Positions 38,303 through 48,164 of a DNA stretch of 64,000 nucleotides are shown piece by piece. A program made the translations under genes and the position numbers. The stretch spans positions 202,120,001 through 202,184,000 of the forward strand of contig JBITNC010000001.1 in the NCBI GenBank assembly GCA_050084985.1. Direction: 5' to 3'. The first letter of the stretch is position 1; every line of letters begins with the position of its first letter. The DNA is from Nageia nagi (Eukaryota; Plantae; Pinophyta). The notes under the pieces were generated by a model. It had not been told where the DNA came from. It made no database searches and saw only the letters and a program-made list of their open reading frames with translations.

Positions 38303-41300
38303 ATGGCACCTGAGACAAGATCCCTAATAGCAGCACAAGCTGATCCTACCATGATGACATTTCAAACTATGATCCAACAAATGGCAGATATAACAGTACA
38401 TTCAGGGCAGAAATCCAACAAATACAGACCCAAATACAAACCCTTGACAGTAAATGTGACAGTGTCCAACTAAGTCTCAGTCATACCAACAATGCATCCA
38501 GTTCACAACAATCAGGGCAATCAGGAAATCCATAGGGGTATCATCATAACTTTCAGGGCCAACAAGGTGGTTTCATTCTTCTCCGCACAACCAAATTGGA
38601 TTTTCCCCGATTTGATAGAGATGATCCCATTGGTTGGATTTATAAGTCCGGACAGTATTTCACATTGAACCAAATTCCAGAAGATTTGAAGGTGCGCATG
38701 GCAACTTTTCATTTGGACCGTGAGGCTCTCCAATGGCACCAGTGGTACTCAAAAACGCATCCGGCTCCTTCATAGGATGAATTTACTCAACAATTATTGA
38801 TCAGTTTTGGTCCTAGTGACTATGAAGATTTCACAGGGGCATGGACCAAGTTATGTCAAACCACAACAGTCAAAGAATACCAAAATCTTTTTGAGAAATT
38901 GGCAAATCACATAGAGAGGTTGGACGATGCATTTTTCACAAGTTGGTCTATCAGTGGATTAAAGGAAGAAATTAAACCAGAGGTCAAAATGTTTAATCCC
39001 AAAACTATGATGGATGCAATTGCTTTGGCAAAGCTCGATGAAGATAAAGCCAGTGCTCATCAACGAAATGTAAGACCCCCATTCACAAAAACGCATTATA
39101 TTTCCCATTCCTCTGATAACACTAGTGCCCCACCACCAAATTGCACAATGCAAACTAAGAAGTTGACGTGGGAGGAAATGGAAGAGCATCAAAAGAAGGG
39201 TTTGTGCTATAATTGTAATGAGAAATTTGTTTGTGATCATCGTTGTACTTAACAAAAGTTATATTTGCTTGACGCTTATGCTCTTAGCGAGAAGGAATAT
39301 GAGAGTGCATCCGAAGAGGCTACAGAGGAAATTCCAAATGAGGAGGCCCTGGTTATCTCTTACAGTGCATTGGTAGGAATTACTACCCCGCAAACTATGA
39401 AGGTCAAACGGTTTGTTAAAAAGTGTCCTCTCATAATATTGTTGGATTCGGGAACTACTCATAATTTCATTGATCCACAGGTGGCTAAGGTTGCTGATTG
39501 TTACATCCACCCTACAAATAATTTTGAGGTTATGGTTGGTAATGGAGGAAAAATAGATGTAAAGGCACATGTCAAAATGTCAAACTGAGCATGGACCACT
39601 ATACTTCAAAAAGCGACATGTACAATTTACCACTTGGGGGATGTGATATAGTTTTGGGGGTACAATGGCTGAGGACTTTGGGCACCGTGTAGTGAAATTT
39701 TGCAAAGCTATGGATGACCTTTAAGATAGACAAACAAGAGCATACTCTCAGGGGATTACAGGTGGACCTGTACAAATTGTGAGCTCAGTTGCTGATTGTT
39801 ACATCCACCCTACAAATAATTTTGAGGTTATGGTTGGTAATGGAGGAAAAATAGATGTAAAGGCACATGTCAAAATGTCAAACTGAGCATGGACCACTAT
39901 ACTTCAAAAAGCGACATGTACAATTTACCACTTGGGGGATGTGATATAGTTTTGGGGGTACAATGGCTGAGGACTTTGGGCACCGTGTAGTGAAATTTTG
40001 CAAAGCTATGGATGACCTTCAAGATAGACAAACAAGAGCATACTCTCAGGGGATTACAGGTGGACCTGTACAAATTGTGAGCTCACATCGCATTGAAAAG
40101 ATCCTACGAAAAACTGGAAAAGGGATGCTGGCATAGTTATACTCTTTATCAATCACCGAATCTGAAGTCACAGAGCCTAAGGATCTACAACCCATCTTAA
40201 GTAAGCATGCAAGTGCCTTTGAGGAACCAATGGGCTTACCACCCCAGCGATCACATGATTATGCTATCTAGTTGGTGTCGGGAAGTCACCCACCAAACAT
40301 TCGTCCTTATCGGTATCTTTGTTTACAAAAAAAATGAAATTGAAAAATTGGTTAAGGAATTGTTGGATGCAGGAGTAATCCGACCTAGTGTAAGCCCATA
40401 TTCTTCTCCAATTATATTGATTCGTAAAAAAGATGGTTCATGGCGTATGTAAGTGGATTTCAGGGCCCTCAACAAAATTACCATCAAGGACGAATTTCCC
40501 ATACCAATCATTGATGAATTATTGGATGAATTGCATGGGGCAAGATATTTTTCCAAGTTGGACCTGCGATCTGGGTATCATCAAGTCCGCCTCAAGGAGG
40601 AGGATATACCAAAAATTGCATTTCGCACCCATGAGGGCCATTATGAGTTCTTGGTCATGCCTTTTGGCCTCACAAATGCTCCATCCACATTTCAAAGTTT
40701 AATGAATCAGGTGTTTCGTTCATTCCTCAGGAAGTTCATTTTAGTTTTCTTTGATGATATCTTGATTTACGGTAAGACATGGCAAGAACATATGGCACAT
40801 GTTGACCAAACCTTACAAATTTTGAAGGAACACCAGCTGTATGCAAAAAAATCAAAATGTTCATTCGGCAAGAGGGAAATTGACTACTTAGGCCATATTA
40901 TATCCGAAGAGGGAGTTAAGGTGGATCCACAAAAGATTATTGACATGCAGAACTAGTCTATTCTTACATCTTTGAAAAGTCTGAGGATTCTTGGGGTTGA
41001 TAGGCTATTATAGTAAATTTGTGAAGGATTATGGTAAGATTGCAGCACCTCTAATGATGTTGTTGAAAAATAATGCATTCCAATGGTCTCCTCAAGCTGA
41101 GGTAGCTTTCCTTAAGCTCAAGGAGGTGATGTGTACCACCTTGGTATTAGCAATGCTAGATTTTTCTAAAACCTTTGTGATAGAAAATGATGCTTGTGGA
41201 GTAGGAATCTGGGTAGTATTGATGCAGGAGGGGCGTCCCTTGGCGTTCACTAGTAGAGCACTCTCTGGTAAAAATTTGGGTAAATCCACTTATGAAAAAG

Positions 41301-42990
41301 AAATGCTTGCCATCATTCATGCAGTTCAATGTTGGAGACCATATCTCATTGGTCGCCATTTCATCATCCTCATGGATCATCACAGTTTGAAATTTTTCAT
41401 TGAGCAACACATTTCTACGCCTGAGCAACAAAAATGCGTGACCAAACTATTGGCGTATGATTATGAGATAGTATACCGTAAAGGTAAAGAGAATGTGGTT
41501 GCCGATGCCCTGTCCAAAAAATTTGAAGCTCAAGTAGCACTGCAAGCTCTTTCGTCTCCTATTCCTCAATGGTTGGATAAAGTTAAACAAGAGTGGGCAA
41601 AGGATAGCTTCACCCAATAATTGTTAAAACAAATCACTCGAGACCCCACGAGTAAACCACACCACACATGGCATGATGGTATTTTGAGATTCAAAGGTCG
41701 AATTTTGTTACTGTCTCATTCAAAATGTAAATCAGAAATACTTGCCGAATTGCATTCCACACCCATATCAGGACATGACAGATTTTTGAAAACTTATAAG
41801 CGGGTGGCACGGTCGTTCTATTGGGTAGGTATGAAATTGGATATCAAGCAGTTTGTGGTAGCTTGTGATGTGTGTCAACGACAAAAAGGTGAGACAGTGG
41901 GTACTTCGGGACTCCTTCAACCTCTTCCCATTCCTACTTGTACATGGACCGATATCTCAATGGATTTCAGTGAAGGCCTTCCTAAATCCAATGGTAAATC
42001 AGTTATTCTAGTGATGGTTGATCGGTTATCCAAATATGCTCATTTTGGTTCATTGGCTCATCCCTACAAGGTAGTGACAGTGGCACAATTATTCCTAGAT
42101 ACAATTTTTAAACTACATGGCATGCCAGAGACGATTGTCAGTGATCGTAATCCCACTTTTGCAAGCCATTTTTGGCAAGAGTTTTTTAAGTTGCAAGGTA
42201 CCCAACTAAACATGAGCTCAGCATATCATCCGCAAACTGATGGTCAGACTGAAATTGTCAACATGTTTGGAAACATATTTATGTTGTTTTGCTTCAGCAC
42301 AACTTGTGCATTAGGTATGATGACTTCTCTTGGCCGAGTGGTGGTATAATACATCTTATCATTCTGCCAGCAAGATGACCCCATATGAAGTAGTGTATGG
42401 TCAAGCTCCAACAGTCACCTCGTATGTTGCAGGTACCAGTAAAGTTCAGGCAGTTGACTGCGCTTTATTTATTGGGGATGATATTCTTCGTTTGTTCAAG
42501 GATAACCTTCAGATAGCCCAACACTGTATGAAACAACAGGCTAATCAGCAACGTATGGAAAGGGAGTTCCAGGTAGATGAGATGGTCTTTCTAAGGTTGC
42601 AACCTTATCGCCAGAAATCCTTAAAAGTAAAAGGCCCTCAAAAATTGGCCCCAAAGTTTTATGGTCCCTAAAAAGTGTTACAGCGCATTGGCCCAGCTGC
42701 ATACAAATTGAAGCTTCCTGCTTCTTCCAAGATTCACCCAGTGTTTCATGTCTCTTTGTCTAAAAAAAGTGGTTGGATCGGAGGTTCGGGTTCATACACA
42801 ATTACCTGAGTTGGCGGAGGATGGATCAATGTAGTTGTACTTGAGGCAGTTTTGGATCAACGTTCATGGTAGCTTTGTAATCACTCCATCACAGAAGTCC
42901 TTGTGCAATGGCAAGGCATGGTACCAGAAGATGCAACATGGGAAATACTTCATCAGCTACAGCAACAATTTCCACACTTCAAGCTTTGAG
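38303..42990 (+). pseudogene. gag-pol polyprotein remnant
   Basis: KGLCYNCNEKF gag end, LLDSGTTHNF protease, [16 protein letters not shown] RNase H, ISMDFSEGLP and AYHPQTDGQTE integrase, FYGP, EVLVQWQG..EDATWE chromodomain. Multiple stops and frameshifts. Confidence 0.92.
39490..40085 (+). repeat. 298-bp near-exact tandem duplication inside the protease region
   Basis: 39490-39787 and 39788-40085; one mismatch seen (GACCTTTAAG / GACCTTCAAG). Confidence 0.9.
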
Positions 42991-43019
42991 GACAAAGCTT
43001 CATGCCAAGAGGGGTGGCA

Positions 43020-43431
43020 TGTTAGGATCCCACATACTAACATTTTAGTGTTAGTATTAGTATTTTAATTAAATTGTCGGCCTATATTGTAAACCGTAAT
43101 ATTGTGATTGTAAGGGCGGGGCTTGATTTTGCATTACTATTAGGGTTAGGGTTAGTATATTATAAATAGGTAGAAGTGTGTGGAGAAATGCATCTTGAAC
43201 ATTATTTTTCACTTTTGGAGTTGTAAGGAGGTAGCCTCCTCGAAGCGGCCTATGATTGTGTTACTATTCAGTAAAATCCTATCCTTATTTGCTTATTGTT
43301 GCTATTTCGTGTTCTATTTATCAGCACATGCTCTGTTATTTCCACTAGATTAGTTGTCATTTTCATGTTTCAAATCGATATTCGTTACATTTCTGCAATA
43401 TTTCCCGTTTCATATTTGTAGCATTGTAACA
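43020..43431 (+). repeat. 3' LTR
   Basis: Direct repeat of 37123-37534, preceded by AAGAGGGGTGGCA. Confidence 0.95.
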
Positions 43432-45546
43432 ATAATAATGTTCGAAAGAAGGAAGTAGTATTGGCAGAGGCCCAGAATCTGATCCAGTAGCATCTTGAGG
43501 TCGAGGATCTAAACTTGTTGAAGGTAGGACTTCTTATCGTGCACGAGAGGCTGATGGTCATCTGGAGGTACTAGATGCAGGCCACATTCAAGAAGATTGA
43601 GGATTACTTCCGGCAGAATGGTAGTACCATTGGTATGATCTCTAGGGGTGTGCAGAAGACCGTGGTGTTCTTGTGGGAGACCATCGAATCCTATGGTCTC
43701 ACCAGCGAGGAGTGGAAGTCCGCCTGTACCGAATCAGATCTGGCCTAGATCTAATTCACCTGCAGGCTTCCTCAGTGGTACCTTTTTTTAATGTTAAATG
43801 CATACAGGTTGCTTGTTAGACTTTACTTTGATTTGACTGGTGTAGGGATGAGGTTTTGCTCCCGCTAGATCAGATTTGTCAGATTCATTCATGACTCTGG
43901 CCGGTGCAAGGATGAGGTTTTGCTTCCACCGGTTTTGATGTCAAACCTTTTTAGTTGATTTATTGCATATTTGATTTTATGTTGGATAGAATAGATGTAG
44001 AGTAGATGCATTGCGGCTGTGGCATCTATATTTTGTTAGCTTTAGATGCCACTTACATAGTCTTGCGTGATGATATTTGATTTTGTATCGATGTGTGTTG
44101 CGTGTGTGCATGCCGTATCAGATTTGATGCCTTTAAGGCATCACTTCTAATGGCCTATTTATACCCCATTAGGGCCATTTAGAAAAGGGATTTTACATAT
44201 TGGATTTTGCCTGAGGAATTTTTGATATGATCTTGTACTATTTTTGCATGGAACTTTGCACATAATGAAAACATCATATATTGGAGTTCTTGCATCTTGA
44301 GATTGAGGCTACTGAGTTCATTTGTACAATCATTTTTAGCCTTTGCATGTCATAAGATTCACATTCCATTGCATAGAAGATTGCTGCATAAGGGATTCTA
44401 TGCATGTTTGTTATTGAAAATCAATATGAATGCGTTTTCGTTTAGAGGAATAAAATCATAAAGTTATACTGTGAGGAACATCATTTGTGGGATTATGCAT
44501 ATCTGAATGGTTCTTTTTATGAACTACATATTGATTATTTTGTGAAAGAGTTTGATCCTTCTTTGCATAGTTTGCACGCAAGTGGATATATTTTGAGGCT
44601 TACAGCTTGTCTTTATGTCATTTGGTTAGGTTACTGCACTTATGCTCTCATCCCATCTTTACCCTTTCCATTGAGTCTTCCATAAAGACCCTACAGCTTC
44701 CTGCTCTCGTCTAGTAGTGATTTGAGCATATTTGCTATTTGTTGCTCGGCTTGATAGTGAGTGTATTGACCTTAATGAATTTGGGAATGACCTTCCGAGA
44801 CACTGTATCCTTGGTGACGTCCTCATAGATCCTTTCCTTTCCTTGCATTCCTTTGCATTTATCCTTGTGTTCTTTCCCTGCTTTTGTGATCTTTCTTTGC
44901 TTTTGTTCACATTTGCAGTCTTTCCTCATTAAGGAAAGAAATTCAGACGCGAGTTTCCCTTGTATACGGTTAACAACATGCATCTCTGACTCCTGAGCCA
45001 TCAAGACCATATTCCATGTGAGCGCTTGGGGTAACCAATCCTTTCAGGTGGGAACAAATAACGCTGTTTTCTCCAAGTCTTGTGCATGTTTTGAGCGAGG
45101 AAAGAAAAACATACCAACAGGTTTGAGTTTCATTGACGGGAGAGTTTATCTCTTCCGAATCAGTTAAGGACTCTTCATCCAATTCATCCAACTTTGCAAG
45201 CATACAATGCAACGTTCGAATTGCTTCAAAGAGGAGCGGGGAGGAATGCCAATTGTTGGCTCTCTACGAATAGGACCAATGTAATTGAATGGAAAACGAG
45301 TTGTTCTCAGAGTGGGAGGATCATGGTTTGGATAAAGGACCTAACAAGATGTGAAATAAGTAGAAACTAACATAGAATACCCAATTAACTTACATGTTAA
45401 AGATCAAGCAACAAACATAGGTAAGCTTCAAGTACATTTTAAAGTTTTCAGAGATAACTTCCTTAAAGCTCGAGAGCTTTCAAAGAAATAAAACGAAAGT
45501 ACACAAACCCACTATGAGTGCCCTCAAAGAATCAATCCATAACATC

Positions 45547-45652
45547 AATATGAAAAGTGTCAAACTCAAGTCTTTGCATTAACCACCTTGTATTTGATCA
45601 AATATGAAAAGTGTCAAACTCAAGTCTTTGCATTAACCACCTTGTATTTGAT
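45547..45652. repeat. 54-bp tandem duplication
   Basis: AATATGAAAAGTGTCAAACTCAAGTCTTTGCATTAACCACCTTGTATTTGAT x2. Confidence 0.85.
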
Positions 45653-45967
45653 TTTGGAAAAAAAGGTGCCAAGATTTACAATAAGCTCTCAATTATCAAA
45701 ATAGCTCTCAAGTGTTTGCTTCAAAATGAAGTCCTTACAAAAATGAGACCCTTGGTCTTTTACTTATAGAGTTTTTGGAAACCCTAAAAGTGACTTTTGA
45801 AACCTTAGAAATGAGTTTCAAAACCTTAACCCTAATTGTAACACTAACAACTATTTACAAGCTAATTGAAAATGCTAATTAAGATTACAATTGGACTTAG
45901 CGGAAATCCACTAAGTTGGTCAAATATTTGGCTTATATATCAAAAATTTGCCAAAATAGACCTCTTT

Positions 45968-48164
45968 CTATTCTAGTGATTGTGGGAAGATGACTTGCAT
46001 GTTTGTGACGATTTTGGCTTCAAAATCATCTCCTATGAATGCTTCTACGTTCCTGATGGCACGGTGGATTGTCTGGACAACTCTTTCATTTAATAGCAAG
46101 TGCTCTAGGATGGCCTTATTGGTTTTGACCATTTCCTTGCACTAATCAGCCAATCTCATCCCTCCTGTCATCTATTTTCTTGTCTTTAGGCTGTGTGGAT
46201 CCTCAGGACACATGCTCTTTTGGAATAGTGGCATGGATCATTGTCATTACTATCATATACTCCTTAATGTTGCCGTTTTCTTCAAACAAGGGCACTGATG
46301 ATGGCTTTAAGTTGGGCTCTGGTGTGTATGAAGTCAGTGGAATTGGCTTTGATGTAGAACATATAATCATACAAGTGGAACCTATCTATGCAAAAATCTA
46401 GCACGAAAGGATGGTGGGTTGCCCTTCTCCGTAGGTCGAACATTGTAGGTTACCCACTCTTCCACCTGATGATTAATTGGTCTATTTTCTCTGCGTGAGA
46501 ATGTGACCCCTCCTCAATATAAAAATTTACCATGCTTGAATGGAGTGCTTTGATAGCCCCGATAAGGTCCTTGGTCCATCCTTGCTTTAGAGCAATGATT
46601 CTAGTATTTAAGTCAACCTACTTTTTGATGTCTTCAACTGTCAAATTAGTAGCCTTGACTTCTTTGTCGATCATTTCCTGATTCGTCACTTTCTTCTTCA
46701 GTTGCAAGATCTCTAGCTTTAATAAGGTACCAGATTCCCTCAATGCTCGTGCATTTGTGATGATGTTGTGCTCCATTCCCAATGGGCCAACGATCTCTGC
46801 AAGGGTCTCTTCTGTTTCAACTGTGAGGGCAAACTTTTCGGTATTGGCTTTGTTCTTTCTGGAGTAGAACTTTTCCTTGTAGGTGACTTTACCTGTAGTG
46901 GTGGTGAGAGTATCAATCTATTGAAGTTCTTCGTTTTCATCTTCAGAATTTTCTCCTTTGCAAGGGTGATTTGAACTCAAATTAGCCATCACTGTAGCCA
47001 TATCGAAGCGGGGTTCCATGGGTTGTTTTCTATAGGGAACCATCTCTCCGCCTTCGATGATTTTGACTGCATGCTCTACTTGTCTTCTTTTTCTCCTCTG
47101 TTCTTCATTTTCTCCCTCATCCTCTTGATTGCCACCATCTCCCCCTGAAGATGATGCCATTGTCGTAGGCCTTGAAGTACCCTTTTGTGTTAATGTTGTC
47201 GTAGTCCTCCGAGACAGTGGTGTTTGTGACACCTGTTTCCGAGGTGTGGATTTTGGGGTACCTGCTCTTGCTGTTTGCTGTACAATCATATCAACTAAGA
47301 GATTGTCCTCATTAAGGATCTCTAGTGAATGATCAGTTTTGACCCTATCAAAGGTAATATCTTGGTTTATCTCCATGTCAGTGTTGATGACTGCAGTAAG
47401 ATCCATCTCCTCATTAGTTTCTAACGAATCACTCGGTCCATATTTGTTGGAATTGGATGATGATGTGCTAGGGTTTTGATTCAGGCACATACCACTCCAA
47501 TTCAAACCATTTGGGAGGTTTATCTTTTTCTGCAAGTGTTTTAATGGTTGAGTGATCAGGCCTGTTCTTCTGAGGTCTAGGATTTCATTCGTCGTAGCCA
47601 TGACAGTTGTTTCAATGGTTTGTTCGGGAATGCTATTAGTAGCATACTGTTCGTTTTGTCCTTGAGCCAGTGTTGTTGAAGGGGATACTATGGGAATAAC
47701 ATACCCGTGGCTCGGGGGTACGGTGACCCATGCATTGGCTCTTAACCTGGTAGCTTCTTCGGCTTTGTGCTATTTTTGTTCTTCTTTCAGCTCCTTGTGA
47801 ATTCATTGAACCTGTAGGGCATCTTGAATGTTCCTGTACCTTTCAATGCTACCAAGGGACTGGTGTGGATATGATGAGATCCATGTCTTGTAGAAAAATG
47901 CATCAATCACTTCATCGGGGTCATAGTGATCCTCAGCTACTTCGGTTGGGAATTCATAGAACGCTAGCTCTTGTTTAATCATGTCAATCTGTTGCCAGTG
48001 GTGCATTCATAATTCCCGATGACAATAGGTAATTGGTAAGTGTTCATCGTCTTTTTTACCCATACCTTGTGCATGTTCAGCAAGTGTCTTGAAAATTCTA
48101 TGAGGATGATGCAATCACTTGCGTAACGGGGTAGCTTATTAGGGGCTTCTTTGGAGCCATAGAC
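45968..48164 (-). pseudogene. C-terminal two-thirds of the family ORF (copy B)
   Basis: Pieces 47803..48006 (IKQELAFYEF..YDPDEVIDAF..YPHQSLG.IERYRN) and 46918..47601. Linker motif DMEINQ..DHSLEIL shared with copy E (STEIDQ..DSSLEVL). Confidence 0.75.

Larger units (their letters stand above)
37123..43431 (+). mobile_element. Full-length Ty3/gypsy chromovirus (Reina-like by size and PBS), decayed
   Basis: Two 412-bp TG..CA LTRs, TSD ATAAT (37118-37122 / 43432-43436), Met PBS, PPT ~43007-43019, order gag-PR-RT-RH-INT-chromodomain. Confidence 0.95.
33922..43748 (+). pseudogene. Decayed ~1170-codon ORF of copy A3, split by gypsy (33922-37122 + 43437-43748)
   Basis: ATG 33922 (MASSTKVPSLKARK). 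Removing the insertion and one TSD restores FQGKDNNVRKKEVVLAEAQNLIQ, matching A1 FQGEDNNMCRKEAMLAEGQKLI. Stop position approximate. Confidence 0.9.
32184..45119 (+). mobile_element. ORF-bearing solo-LTR-like unit, copy A3 (~6.62 kb after removing nested gypsy)
   Basis: TGTTGTGCCTACACAACA ... ATACCAACA. Perfect TSD GGTTT (32179-32183 / 45120-45124). Confidence 0.92.
31814..48164 (-). mobile_element. Diverged ORF-bearing unit, copy B: 3' part only, split by A3 and cut by the gypsy at 48165
   Basis: Minus-strand family ORF 45968-48164, TATA-like CTATAAGTA ~45765, putative end GGTAACA at 31814. The A3 TSD joins 32183 to 45120. End position inferred. Confidence 0.55.

Noticed and set aside
43141-43154. 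TTAGGG-like telomeric motif
   Set aside because: Only two units, inside an LTR and present in both LTR copies.
44471-44480. GTGAGGAACA as the 3' end of A3
   Set aside because: No TSD match. Homology to A1 and A2 continues to CCAACA at 45119, where the TSD is perfect.
45341-45351. CTAACA as the 3' end of copy D
   Set aside because: The following AGATG does not match AGTTT before 26889, and the region reads as minus-strand B.
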